The position numbers and the translations under genes are program-made. Positions 11,776 to 24,495 of a stretch of DNA of 64,000 nucleotides are shown here, one piece after another (position 1 is the stretch's first letter; each line of letters starts with the position of its first letter). Origin of the DNA: Podospora anserina. Taxonomy: Eukaryota. A model generated the notes under the pieces. The model was not told where the DNA came from. It saw only the letters and a list, made by a program, of their open reading frames with translations, and did not search any database. The stretch lies in assembly GCA_017654855.1 (NCBI GenBank), contig CM030334.1, positions 1,240,001 through 1,304,000 on the forward strand. The letters run 5' to 3'.

Positions 11776-12695
11776 CAGAGGTTCATCAGAGAAGGCGGAA
11801 ATGGACTGTGTATGTGTTGTATTCCGAAGAACTGATGTGAGTAGGAAGTGCCATTTTGGTATGCAGGTAGGGTATCGAGGGCATCAATGACGCTGAGCTA
11901 TGATGTGAACAACTTGGGATGGGGGTCCCAAGATTGGGTTTCAAGAAAGTGTGGTATATATATAAGAGAGACATGTCCGAGTTGGGTTGTCATACAGCTA
12001 CCTCACAACAGAGGCAGACAGGTGTCATGTTGAGGTTCGTTGAAAGGCAAAGTCCCAGCTGGAGAATTGTGCCGGCCAGAGCCATACTTGTGGGCAGATG
12101 GAACTGGGTAAACGCCAATTGATTGATGCCCGTTTGGCCGGCAAAGCGAGCGTCAAAGACATACAAACGGATAAAAGCAGCACATTCGTCATAGACTACA
12201 TTGACATCCATTATGGGAAACTCCTTCATATGTTCACCCAGATAGCGTCACAAACAAAATCAACATTCGCATTGGTATAATCTTCCCCGTCCTGCCTTGC
12301 CCTGTCCCCTTCCCTCGCAATCCTCAACTCGACTCTTGACCATCCATCCATCCATAAAACATTACCGAAAAACGCAAGTCAAGTCCCATTCCTTCGTGAC
12401 AGACATCTTTCCTATACGTTCGTTTCCCACCCCGACCCAGCGCAGAAAAAAAGCAGACAACGACCAAACAGCAACCCGCGGGAAACAAAGACAAAACAAA
12501 CCAAAAAAAAAAAGAAGAGAGAGAGTTTGGACGCCCAAATGTCACACATAGTAGTCACACACAAACAAAGTGTTAGCTCAACAACCCCTCTCCCTGTCTT
12601 CCCCAAACAACCCCACTCATTCATATCCGTGGTATCCTGGTATCATAGTTTTTTTTTGTTCCATCACCCTCACATGGTGCACAAGCTGGCAAGAT

Positions 12696-14909
12696 TTATT
12701 TGCCATAGGCCTTGGCGACATCCTTCTTGTACTTCTCAAGAATGCCTCTGCGGTTGAGCTTCTGGGCAGCGGTGACGAGGCCCTGATTTTACGATTAGTA
12801 AGCTGACAAGAAATGAAAAGGAGGGGTGCGAGAAAAAACTTACATTCTGAGGAGTCCACTCATCCTCGACGATAACAACACCATCAATGATCTCAATGCC
12901 CGAGAGACCACCGGCACGACCCTGGGCCTGGAGCTCCTTGAGGACGGCGCTGTGCAGCTTCTTATCATGCACAAGCGTCTCGATACTATCGCCCTCAACA
13001 CCAAGCTGAGCCGCCAGGTTCTTCAGCGCTGGCTCGGCGGGAACGATGATGGCGATGGGCTTGGCCTGCTCGGCATCGGCGTACACGCAGATGTTGGCGA
13101 CAACAGGTACGGACCGGTAGATGGACTCGAGCTTCTCAAGAGCAATGTACTCGCCGTTGAGGGTTTTGACCAGGTTCTTCTTGCGATCGATGATCTTGAG
13201 GTGGCCGTTCTTGTCCCACTCACCAATATCACCAGTCTTGAACCAGCCATCGGGGGTGATGGCTTCGGCCGTCTCCTTCTCGTTTTCGTAGTACTCCTTG
13301 AGCACTGTGGGACCGCGCAGCCAGATCTCACCCTGGGGGTTGGGCTTGTTGGTGGCATAGTAGCCGGCATCGGGGAAGTCGACAAGCTTGGCTTCGACGG
13401 ACGCGGTCATGGCACCAATGGAATCGGCAGACCACTCAAAGGGGTTGTGGAGAGTACCCATGGCGGTCGTCTCGGTCAAACCATAACCGATAATCATGGG
13501 AGCGATGGCGAAGCTGATGAACTTTTGGGTCTCCTTGGAGACGGGCCCACCGGCGCTGAGGCACAGTCTGAGACGACCACCAGTAGCCTCCTTGATCTTC
13601 TTGAACACGACGGCATCCAGAAGACCGCTGCCAGGAAGACCAGCATACATCAACTTCTCCTTGAGGCCAAGGGCACCCCAGAAGAGGTTGCGGACAACGG
13701 GGCTGCCAGCATTGACCTTGCCAATGATGCCCTTCTTGACAGTTTCCCACACGGCAGGAACGCCGATCAACACACTAGGCTTGAACTCGCGGATGTCACC
13801 GTTGCAGTTGCGGACCGAGGCATCAGAGAGGGTCTTCGGATTTCCATAACCGAGAGTGGAACCCCACCAGAGAGCGGCGTGCTCGAAAACGAACTCGAGA
13901 ATGTGGGCCAGAGGAAGGTACGTGAGCAGACCATCGCCAGGTCCGATATAAGGCTGGACGATAGCGCTGGCACCAGAAACTGAAAAACACAAGAAATCAG
14001 CAGGCTGCAGAGGGGAACTGGGGCTCAAGATGCTTGCTTACCGGCAGCAACAACGGATCTGTGGGTGATGGGTACGCCCTTGGGGGTACCGGTAGAGCCA
14101 GAGGTGTACATGATGCAGCAGAGGTCCTCGGCGGTGGGAGGGACGGGCTCAACGGGGTTCTCCTTGCCGAGCCTGACGAGCTCGTCAAAGTTGAGAATGT
14201 TGATGTGAGGGTAGGCAGCCTTGAGCTTGTCCACGTGGTCCTGGTTGACCTGGTGCTGGCTGTTCCAGATGACAGCCTGAACGGACGAGGCAACGGCCAA
14301 GACGTTGGTCAAGGTAGGCAGAAGATGGGGGTCGAGGAAGATAGCCTTGGCCTTAGTGGCGACCATGGAGTATCTGAGACCTTCCTCGCCGAGAGTGTCA
14401 TAAGCAGTCACGATGGGCATGCTCTGCGAGGCAGCACCGTGAGCCGTCGCCAGCCAGTTGGCGCTGGTGGCAGCGTAGATGTGGACGCGGTCGGCCTTGT
14501 CGAGGCCAATCTTGCGCAGGCCGGAGCCGAGCTGCAGAATCAACTGCTCGTACTCGGTGTAGCTGTAGTACTCATAGGGGCTCATCTCGAAGAAGGTCCA
14601 TGACTTCTCCACCTCGGTCTCGACACCATCCACAATCTTCTTGATCTTCTTCTTGTCCTGGTGTGTCCGGACGAGCTTGCGGGACCCCACACACTTGGCA
14701 TTGCCGTACTTGGCGACAGCGGCGCGGACAAGCTCATAGACGGTGGTGACATCGGGAGCAGGCCGCTCGACGAATTCTGGGATAGCCAGCGGTTGTCTGC
14801 GAACTGGCGTCTCGCCCTCGACGGGAGTCTGGCCGGGAACTTCAACAGTGAAGGGGCCCTTCGCCGTCATGCGTGGGATGAGCTGGATGGGTGTCGATGA
14901 CTTGGCCAT
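12696..14909 (-). CDS. FAA1: Long-chain fatty acyl-CoA synthetase; exons 14909-14042, 13979-12844, 12782-12696
   Basis: AMP-binding motifs IMYTSGSTGTPKGV, GYGLTET, DGWFKTGDIG, IIDRKKNLVKTLNGEYIALEKLES. Canonical introns; ends GLVTAAQKLNRR..YGK*. Confidence 0.95.
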
Positions 14910-15796
14910 TGTGAATTATTTTGATATTAGATTCGGTCGGTGGACGCGATTAGGGAAGCTGGGGAGTAGTAACCCGCTGGACGCCGGTGGCTGGCTCAAG
15001 GTAAAGACGGGAGATGCAGAACTTTTCTTTTTGTTCCGAGTTTGTTTGAACCTTTGAGGGTTTGGATGGTACACGGGGTGCTTTAGGGAGTGCCCGTCGA
15101 AACGATCCAGCGAGGGGACGAGGCAGGCGACCTGGTGAGGGGATGGGGCACTAGGGACGGAGGAGGGAGAATAAGAATTCAGAACAAACAGACAGAGACG
15201 GAGACAAAGAGGGCAGGGAGGCAAGGGGTTTTTGACAAGCTGTGGTGGAGAGGAAGGACAGGGAAGTCTTTCACCTCAACAACGCGAGGCACACGATTGT
15301 TTGTCCCTGGCCCCTGCGCTCCCTGGGCCCACCCTGCTGACCCCTGCCGGTTGCCTTTTTCGGCTGGGCTCTAGCCAAAGGGCGAGGCTAGGGCGCGTCC
15401 TGGCAGGCTCGGCAGCCTGGGCGTTCCACATTTCAAAGCTTTCCAGGCCATGGTCACAGTGTGCACCTTTGGCGAAATGGCCACCGTCCATCGTCCATCG
15501 ACACATCTCCGATCATACCCGGTTCCTGCGAGTATTTGGAGACAAGATGCCTAGGTAAAACTACAAAAAAAAAAAGAAAAAAGCAGACGATGCCCACACA
15601 TCCCACCATCAACAACACAGGACGAGAAAGCTAAACTCCGAGTAAGGATAACCCCTTTCTGGACGGTGGAGAGAGGCTGGTTAGCACGGTGGTTTGTGCG
15701 GCAGATTCGGGGATCGCAGGCGGGTTCAGATTCACCTCCATCACCCTCCGTTTCCGCTTCATGCTTCATACAATAGAAATGAAGAGAAGAGCCAAG

Positions 15797-15844
15797 CCGA
15801 GGCGCATATGTATCTGCCTCTCTATATTTACAGGAGGGCCTCGG
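15797..15844. promoter_or_regulatory. Two CCGAGG/CCTCGG hexamers (FarA/CTF1-type fatty-acid response element) upstream of the acyl-CoA synthetase
   Basis: CCGAGG at 15797-15802 and CCTCGG at 15839-15844, ~0.9 kb upstream of the ATG. The motif is short and could occur by chance. Confidence 0.3.
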
Positions 15845-16491
15845 TCTGTTGGAACTGGCTGACACCTCACCCTCGTGATCTTGTCAACATCTCCCGATGA
15901 TCAAGAGCTCAGCCCCGACACCACACGCACGAGTTATGCGCCAATGCTGGACGGTTCGACAGGTCGACTTGAGTCCTGTCGACTTGAACACTGGAGATGG
16001 CTCTTGGCACAAGTCTTGGAGGTCCGCGTCGGTGCATCCTTCCCCGCATCTGACCCCCCATCTCCCCAAGCAACTTCTCGATAGCTCTGCTCCACCCCTC
16101 AACCAAAAACTCTGAGGGCTTCCCGTCGGAACGTTCCAGCTCGGGTTTCCCCTCCTTTCAGGGCTGGGCAGCTGCTCTGCATCGCCAGAATGGAGTCGTC
16201 GGATCACCACGGCCGCTTTCACTGGCTCTCTATTTGCTACACTCTCTAGGTTTCAGTGTGCTGCTCTCGGCGCATGATGCAATGAAGAAGTGAACTGAAT
16301 TTGTGGGAAGCCCCGGACGCGCCAATCCAGACTATTCTTCGCCTCCGCATTTTCTAAGATTGCACTAAAAACGCCCAGAACCGGCCCTGTCAGCCAAAGT
16401 CACCGTTCGTCTTGTCTTCCCTTTTCCCTATCGTCTGATAGACCAGGAATTCAGCCACCAGCCACCAATCACCAACCACCTGTTTGGAATA

Positions 16492-17681
16492 ATGAAGTTG
16501 GAGAAGCTGTTGCAAGCTCTGGGACAGCAGCCCATAGAGTCGTCCGAGGAAGGTATAAAAAACGATGAAGTGAAAACCAGATATGCAACCTGGGGGTGCA
16601 ATAGTCGGGTAGACACGGACTGAATAGTCTGTCAACTAACACGCCTACTTTGCCGCCAACTAGAGACGTTTGAGCTGTTTGCCCAGGAGCTCCCCTCGCA
16701 GAATCTTGGCTTCGTCGACTCCAAGGCCTCCACAGTCGAACTGACCATCGCTGGCCGGGATCTTACCATCCATCAGTCACCTGGCGTGCTGTCATCCAAC
16801 CGTGCCGGTGGCACAACAGGAGCTGGTAAACAACTCCTCCCCCGGCCCCTTTCCGACCCCTTTCCCGCCGTCACACCGCCGTTGATAACGCTTACAAGGC
16901 TACGGACACGTCACATCCGAACGTCAGCCTTGCTCAGTGGCTTGTCTAGGATGGAAGGATACGAGCACTGCTGACGGTATGCATAGTCGTCTGGAAAGTT
17001 ACACCTCTCTTTGCAGAATGGATCAGCTCTGCATCATCTCTGCTTTTCCAGTCTGAGATCCTGTCCTCGAACTCTCTCGTGTTGGAGCTAGGGTGTGGCA
17101 TCTCAGCACTGGTCGGCCTGTGCCTGGCGCCTCGTGTCAAGGGCTACGTCTTGACCGATCAGCCTTATGTCGCCAAGTTTGTTGAGCAAAACGTTGCCGA
17201 AAATTCTCACATCTCAGCCTCCTCCACTGGCAAAGGAAAGGCAAAAGGGAAGAAAACAAAGGCGACGGCGGCCAGTCACTCAAAAGACAACAATGTCGTC
17301 TTTACTCCCTTGGATTGGGAAACAGACGAAGCGACGCCCTCTCTTCTGACCGACCTGCCAGACACAGCAGGAAGAAAGAGCTTCGATGCTATCATTGCAT
17401 GTGACTGCATCTACAACGAAGCGCTCATCGACCCGCTTGTGTCTACATGCGCTGATATCTGCCGGCTGAGAACTCAAGAGTCTGACACCGAGGCAGATCC
17501 CACCATCTGTGTGGTTGCGCAACAGCTGAGGGACGATCAAGTGTTTGAAGGATGGCTCGCGAGATTTATGGAGTCTTTTCACACATGGAGAGCTCCTGAT
17601 GAGTTGTTGCCAAATGGGTTGAAGCCGAGCTCGGGGTTTGTGGTTCATATTGGGATATTGAAGGAGGCATATACCCCTTAG
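16492..17681 (+). CDS. RKM5: Rkm5-like protein lysine methyltransferase (Methyltransf_16); introns 16553-16663, 16826-16986
   Basis: Spliced product MKLEKLL..QNLGFVD..IHQSPGVLSSNRAGGTTGAVVWKVTPLFAEW..VLELGCGISAL..LTDQ..LDWE..ACDCIYNEALI. Confidence 0.85.
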
Positions 17682-18120
17682 TACATGATGAATGGAAACA
17701 ACTCAGGCCACAACGAATATAATAATATCTCCCCTCTACAACCTCCCTTTCGATGCAATACCTATCCTAATTATCCCTCACACATACCACATATCATCCA
17801 CAGCTTCGTTCAACCTATCCTAGCTACTTCTACAAACCTCCCACACCACCGCCGATACCGCATTCACCACCCAGATCAATCAGATAAGATTACCAACCCA
17901 AGCCTCTTTTTTAAGTTTTAAGTCCCCCTGTCTCCTATGACAAATGGGGAGTTATGGAGCCCTCAAAAAAGTCTCAACACCCCCTATCCATGGTATCCCG
18001 AGTCAGTCTCAGACCGGCCACCCTTGTCCTGCAAGGTATGTCGACCACAACAAAAAAAAAGATGAAAAGGTTTGATACAAACAGGGTTGGTTTTGGGAAG
18101 ACGGGGGGTAAAAATAAGGA

Positions 18121-18212
18121 CTCGGATACCGGGAGTCGAACCCGGGGCTGTTGAGGGAACAGACACTTCTGAGAAGTGAGAGTCAACGATGTTACCGCTA
18201 CACCATACCCGA
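18121..18212 (-). tRNA. tRNA-Glu(CTC) with intron
   Basis: Acceptor stem TCGGGTA/TATCCGA, anticodon stem GTTGA/TCAAC with loop CT-CTC-A followed by a ~21-nt intron, T loop GGTTCGACTCC, T-rich terminator downstream. Confidence 0.93.
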
Positions 18213-18969
18213 TTTGAATCGTGGATGGTCCAATTTTGATGAGGAGAGGGTGTGGGGATGGGATATGAATAGGACTTGGAAAGGGCAAAGAGAGATGAGG
18301 TCTTTGTTGTCGCCAAGCACCTTGATATTCACAAATACAAAATACTTTGTTCTTGAAAATCTGCTATATCAGAGCACAAGTCTTCAACCCGGAGATATTT
18401 CAACACAGAGAGAAAGATGTATACTCTTTGCTGGCAGCAGCCCCAAAAAATAATCTCAATGAAAACTCCAGAGTTATTTCACCATCTTCAACAGATGTCT
18501 AGCTAGGTAGCCAACCTAAAAAAGCCCTTCAGGTCTTGGGCTGGCTCTACGGAAGTTTCTTCAAGGACTTTTGCAAAAATCAACGATTTTTACATAGGTA
18601 TCTTACCGGGGCTATTCAGCTCCCGTCACTAGCGTACACGTTGTCTTTTAACAGTGGGCAAGGCCACTCTTCATCTTGTCTTGCGTTGGGCTCCGGCCCT
18701 TTTTCCCCCCCTTAACATCATAGGTATGCTCTTTGTCAAACCCTTGCACAAGAGCCGAAAAACACAAGCGCATGTTGGATTGGATCTCACTGTACATTAC
18801 AAACCCGAGAGACCATAATAAACAAACACCTCTGGAAATACAATGCAAAAAAGTCTTTTTTATATAAATTCACAATCAAAGAATCCTGTGTCCTGACTTA
18901 TGACGGGATGCACGGAAATGCATCCGACAATAGCCTCAAACCCAAACCCTACACTCCATCAACCAACAA

Positions 18970-19051
18970 GGCGTGGTGGCAGAGTGGTCTAATGCGCAAG
19001 ACTAGAAATCTTGTTCCTTCGGGAGCGTCTGTTCGAATCAGGCCCACGTCG
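18970..19051 (+). tRNA. tRNA-Ser(AGA)
   Basis: GGCGTGG/CCACGTC acceptor stem, CAAGA-CT-AGA-AA-TCTTG anticodon arm, long variable arm TTCC-TTCG-GGAG, GTTCGAATC T loop. Confidence 0.95.
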
Positions 19052-19377
19052 AGACACAAACAATCTTTTGATGTTCTTGTTTTCCCTTATCCACTCTGTT
19101 GTGGATAGGAGTAGCTTTTTGGACATAGTATATTCCTTTTTGTTACCAGCTGCCCCCAGTCTGACAGAGAGCATAACATAGGGCTGTTGTCAGACATATC
19201 AAATCAGCTTCATTGTTCCTACAGTCGCTCAAAACAGCCAGGGTATATCCCTCAGAGCACACACTTATTACACCAGCCAAAAATAAAACAGCCAATATCG
19301 CGCCGTCCTACTATTCTTACATGCCCAACCACATCTCTAGATTCCAAACTCCCGCCTGATCCCGCTGCTGTTCAAGT

Positions 19378-21126
19378 TCAACCGGTAGCCATCATAACCC
19401 TTACAATCCCCAACTCGCTGCTCTTCGCCCACTCCCCATTCGGCATCATCCTCCACTGCAGCAGCCTTCCCTCGTCGCCTACACTCCCCAACACAACCCC
19501 GTCATCATCAAACCCAACCCTCCAAACCGGCGTCCTATGCCCATCCAGCCTCGACACCATCTCAATCGTATGCCTAATCTGCCCCGGCAACCCAGTGATC
19601 ATTCTCTGCGGGTTCTTATTCGCCCCCCCATGCCCATGATGATGATCCCCCCCATACCCAGCCTCCGTCGCCAGTCCCGCTCGAATCATGCCCCCCTGCC
19701 CCATCCCCGTCCCCCTCTCATCATGGGCTGTTCCAACCCCATGAACCACAGGTGTAATCCCCCCAACAACAGTAACCACATCTCTCGCCGCCGCCCTGAC
19801 CGCCGCGCTCCTCCCCTCATCCACCTCCACCCCTTGCTTCCTCGCCTTCTCAACATACCCCTCCATCTCCCTCATCGACCACCCCCTCGCCCCATCCTCC
19901 TTCTCCTCCTTCTCCTCCTTATCATACCAAGCCTGCCTCTCCACCGGCGTGTCAACCCTAAAGACCCTCACCATCCCATCCTGACACGCCGTCGCAATAA
20001 CATCATACCCCCTAATATTCCCCCCCGCCCACGCCACATCCCTCACCAAACCCCTATGCACATCCGACCTCACCTCGGCCGCGAGATAAAACCCCTTCGT
20101 CACCGTCTGCACCCCCAAACTCTGACTAATCACATCCCTCGACCGATAAATCCTCACACAGTCCAACGCAACCGTGACCAAGCTCAGCGTGTCGGGCGGG
20201 ACCCCCGCCTTCAACGCGCTGTAGCACACCTCCGGGTTGGGATCAAACTGCACCTTGAACGTCGTCTCATCCCCCCTTTTCGCAGGCGGCTGGTCCCGCG
20301 AGATAGCCACCTCGTCAAGCATAGTATAATCCGTCAAATTCTCCGGCTGCTCATTCTCGTACACCGTCAACTTCCCATCCGCGCTCACCAGCGCAAGGTA
20401 AGTATGCCTCGTCGAGTCAACATGCTTCATGCTAAAAGACCGATACGGACTCCTCGAGTTCCTCGTCTCGAAAACCGGCTTCGGCACCGCCGAACTCGAA
20501 GCCTGTGGCGGTTGTTGCGAAGGCGCAGTCTCGCTCTGCACCGACGGCGTGCCCACCGCGCTCGTCACCGCCGAGTGCGGATGAGAAGTCGCGCTCGTGG
20601 CAGTGGTCGACAAGGCACTCGCAACCCCCCCAAGATGATGAGGCCCATGACTACCAAGACCACCACTCCCCGGCCTCGACCCCTCCCTCCCACCCCCACC
20701 GCTCTTTTCCCCCACCGCAATAGGTTGACTCCATAACGCCATCCCCCTGTTCCCCCCTCCGCCCATGGCATTCGAAAACCTCCTCCCCGGCGCAGCCCCC
20801 GGGTCCTCGGCCCAAAGCTTAAACCTCCCCTCCACCCCCAACGAAGCCAACAGGTTGGGGTAAATCGTCGGCGGCAACCACTGCAGCTCGGTAATCTCCC
20901 CCCCGTGGGCAGTCCAGTTGTCACAGTGCCGCCACACCCCGTCCCTGTGCCGGTTGAACACGCGGACCTTGCCGTCTACCGACCCTGTCGCGCACCGGTC
21001 GCCATACTCGTTAAACGCGATCGACTGGACGAGGTCCTGGTGGCCGTGCTTGAGGATGGGCTCAAAGGTGAGCTGGTCGTCGGCGAGGGGCGCCTCGTTG
21101 AGGAAGGCGGCTAGTTTTGCTGACAT
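19378..21126 (-). CDS. SEH1: Nucleoporin/SEA-complex WD40 protein Seh1
   Basis: GHQDLVQSIAFNEYGDRCATGSVDGKVRV..WTAHGGEITELQW; HRGLVRDVAWA..IATACQDG; GHRTPVWRV..LGSVGDEG. Start taken at MSAKLAAF. Confidence 0.85.
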   Translation of the reverse strand: MSAKLAAFLNEAPLADDQLTFEPILKHGHQDLVQSIAFNEYGDRCATGSVDGKVRVFNRHRDGVWRHCDNWTAHGGEITELQWLPPTIYPNLLASLGVEGRFKLWAEDPGAAPGRRFSNAMGGGGNRGMALWSQPIAVGEKSGGGGREGSRPGSGGLGSHGPHHLGGVASALSTTATSATSHPHSAVTSAVGTPSVQSETAPSQQPPQASSSAVPKPVFETRNSRSPYRSFSMKHVDSTRHTYLALVSADGKLTVYENEQPENLTDYTMLDEVAISRDQPPAKRGDETTFKVQFDPNPEVCYSALKAGVPPDTLSLVTVALDCVRIYRSRDVISQSLGVQTVTKGFYLAAEVRSDVHRGLVRDVAWAGGNIRGYDVIATACQDGMVRVFRVDTPVERQAWYDKEEKEEKEDGARGWSMREMEGYVEKARKQGVEVDEGRSAAVRAAARDVVTVVGGITPVVHGVGTAHDERGTGMGQGGMIRAGLATEAGYGGDHHHGHGGANKNPQRMITGLPGQIRHTIEMVSRLDGHRTPVWRVGFDDDGVVLGSVGDEGRLLQWRMMPNGEWAKSSELGIVRVMMATG

Positions 21127-21478
21127 GGCGCTGTGTTTGTGATATTGTGTTGCAAAAACAGCAGCTGGTGTGTGACTCTCCCGCCTGTCGGAAAGGGCTG
21201 GGCTGCCCTGCCTTTGTCTGGCTTTTGCTTTGGGGTAGGTGATAGGTGGGTGACAGGCTCCAACAACTGACGTCGGGAATTCCCACTCCAAGACCCCTGG
21301 GTCCAAGCTCCCTGCAGGGGCCCGCTCGCTCTCACATGCCGAAATTGACTTTCAAGTAGGGGGGTTGATCAATTAGGTGTAAGAAGACATGGATAAATCT
21401 AGAATGCCATGATTTTGTCTATGCCATTTGCTGTTGCTTTTGTTCTAGTATATTTCAACAAATATATACACAAAAAAA

Positions 21479-22995
21479 CTAAACTCCTGCTGCCCCAATG
21501 CTCCAATTATCCTCCTTGAACAACAACTGAGCCAGCCCATGCCTAACAAACAACCCGAACAACCCCATCACCATCTGCATCCCCGTAATCTCCATCGCCA
21601 ACCTATCCTCCCTCAACGGCCCCCTCCACACAAGCCAAAGATTCAAAATCGTAAAGTTCGTCGTCTCGACAAACCTCCCCTCCTCATCCACCGTAACCCC
21701 CAACAACCTCAACCCCCCCAACACCTTCAACCCCCACGCAACCACCCCCCTCGGCTGCCTCTCCCTCGTCCAAGGCGTGACGCTCGGCTCCAGCAACCCC
21801 GTTCTCGCATTAAACCTGGGCAGCCTGTGCCTCGGACACGGCACCAGCCCAAACAACTGCGGCACCGAATAGCAAAAGTTGAATATCTGCGGCACCAGCA
21901 GCAAGATCAACGTCTTGCTGAAATGCCCCAGAATGCTCACCACCACAAACACCATGCCCGCAAAATAACAATACGTATCCCCCACAAACACCCTCGCCGG
22001 ATACCAATTATGCCACAGCAGCGCCCCGGAAACCCCCAAAAACGGCAGCAAAAAGTACAGCGAAAACAAATGCGAGTCCGTCGCCGGGTGGGGGTACGGC
22101 GTGAGCAAGTACAAGCAATCATTGATCGCCAGCAACACCGCAACGACAATCGACTGCGCCACCTCAATCCCGTTGATCCCCGCCAGAATGTTAATACTGT
22201 TCGGGCTAAAAATCGCCACGCTCGCCATGTAGACATAGTACAACACCCCGACATTCACCAGCTCCCCCAGGTACGGCTGCAGCGGAATCGGCACCACGAT
22301 CGACGTGACGCCAAAGTCGACAAAGTAAACCACCAACAGCGGTATCGACGCAAAAGCCGGAATGAAAAACTTGTGTCGCCACCGTATGTCGAAAAGATCA
22401 TCTCCTATCCCCAACAACGTGATCGACTGAAGCGATATAATCGCCGACAAATACGACGCCAACTATTTCCCCCCACCCCCACCCCCCCCAGTCAGTCTTT
22501 ATCCCCTTTCCCATATGTTGTTCCCAAACTCACCTTGCTGTGCGGAAACTTATGCAGCAACCTCCCCCTCTCCACCCCCTCCACGACACTAACAACAACA
22601 TCCCTATTGCCCCCCCCGCTCGTCGCCGCCACAATGTCCTTGTAAAACGGAAACGGGATGAAGACAATAATCACCAGCAGGTACACCACCGCCGCGATCC
22701 CCCCCATGCACTCTGGCATTTCCCGTCTATTATGCTTGCTCATGTCTGTCCCCTTCAGCCCAGCCTTCATCAGTGTCGGGCCTAACCACCTTATCATCGC
22801 AAACGACGCCGCGAAGGCGACCCCGCTGAGGGCGAGGGAGGCGATTAGAGGTTCGCCATCGCCTTGGAAGGTATTCGCCAGTACCGCGACGCAGGCGAAG
22901 GTAAGGGAGAAGAGAGAGAGGGTTTCGGTTCGGGAGAGGGAGGAGGAGGAGGGGGGGGGTAATCGGGATGGGGAACGTGAGGTGGAGGTCGTCAT
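21479..22995 (-). CDS. ALG7: UDP-GlcNAc:dolichyl-phosphate GlcNAc-1-phosphotransferase; intron 22463-22533
   Basis: LGIGDDLFDIRWRHK, NSINILAGINGIE, VFVGDTYCYFAG, GHFSKT, PCPRHRLP; multiple transmembrane segments. Confidence 0.95.
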
Positions 22996-23607
22996 GGTTG
23001 CGAGTCGTTGTCGTGAACTGAAACAGTGGCGCTCATGGCCGTGAGCGCGAAGGAAAGCGAGAGTGGTTTGCTGCGTTCGTTCGTTCGTTGGGGCGAGTCG
23101 CGAAAAGGAAATTATTTTCGAAGGGGAAAATGGCAAAAAGGGAAATAAGCCAGATCTCCAAAATGACGTCTCACGTTGAATCCCAACGGCGCTCGCTGTC
23201 AGCTCGAGCGCAAGCAAACAAACAGGGCCCACCGGGCGGCCCCTATGCCGTTTTGGATCACTGGGAGGAAGCTGATTGGAGCGCAATTGGCTTCTACAAA
23301 CCCCTGTTTGGGCGCTGGTTGCTTCCATGTGATTGTCAATATCTCACTAGGGACTTTCATGATGAACCTAGCAGTCCTCTCGACATAGGCTTGTAGTAAG
23401 GCAGCTCCCACAGCGATTAAACATAAGAAAATTCATCTACCTAACTTTTAAGATCCCAGCACAAACAAAAAAAAATAAGCTACCGTCCCTTGACCCCCAA
23501 CACAGCGAATCCCTGCCCAACCTTGACTTGACGTCCCTGACAACCTCTTATGTAACAACCCGCAGTCAAGCAAAGAAATGGTAGAAAACAGAGAGAAAAA
23601 AAAGAGA

Positions 23608-23700
23608 CTCGGATACCGGGAGTCGAACCCGGGGCTGTTGAGAGAAACAGACACTTCTGGGAAGTGAGAGTCAACGATGTTACCGCTACACCATACCCGA
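23608..23700 (-). tRNA. tRNA-Glu(CTC) with intron (second copy)
   Basis: Mature sequence matches the 18121-18212 copy; the intron differs at a few positions and is 1 nt longer. Confidence 0.93.
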
Positions 23701-24495
23701 TTACGAAAATCGTGTGTGGTCTCCGATTTTGTTGGACGCTAAGTGCGGATGGTGGGACTATATCGCTCACTTTGCAACTTGGCACAGAACATATCATACT
23801 CTCCCTTGTTTCCCTCATTGGATTCCATACATGCAATATTAGCGAGCAAGGCAGCTCAGACTTGTTTCACCACCAAAGCCGATGCAACGAGAAGGACCTA
23901 GATAGACTACCCGATGATTCCTCATCATGCATATACTTCATGTAGACTTCGAGACTTAGACTCAGAAGTCTTCACTTCCTAGTCACTTGGAAAACACAGC
24001 ACCATATCTTCAAGATGAGTAGCATAGAAACCAGATACATAAATACAGTACAAGACGCCCTGCACATAATAACGACAGAAACAGCCAACACTAAAATAAT
24101 ACCCAGGGACTGCTGCCATTATTCCCAAACAGAAACCGGCACAAAAGCAGAGATAACAAGAAAAAACATCGCTGATCCCCTCTTTCTTTCACTGTCTTCC
24201 CTGTTTTCACCACATCCATAGTTGCCTAACAGTCCTAAATGCGCAAAAACACATCCTCTTCCATATATCTCCTGCAAACGATCCATCACCGCTGCCCCCC
24301 CCTCCCAACCTCCTATCTTCACTCCCATCACTCCATGGGTCCCCGAGGAACACAGACAGGCTAGTTGGGGAACGGACTGGCGTATTGGCTCTCATCCAGG
24401 TCATCGCTGCAAGTGGTATGGTGTCAAGACCAGTAAGCGAACAAGCCCGCCTAGACGCAGAATTCCTTCCCCCCAGAGTCTGCCGCAAGGAAAAG

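Noticed and set aside
12826-14603. Long antisense ORFs over the acyl-CoA synthetase
   Set aside because: A typical consequence of biased codon usage in a highly expressed gene.
21127-21306. 60-aa upstream extension of the SEH1 ORF
   Set aside because: It starts at a non-ATG codon, reads like UTR and lies within ~170 bp of the ALG7 stop; the ATG at 21126 is preferred.
19537-22645. Long + strand His/Pro/Arg-rich ORFs (399 and 368 aa)
   Set aside because: Antisense shadows of SEH1 and ALG7 caused by strong G-rich codon bias on the coding strand.
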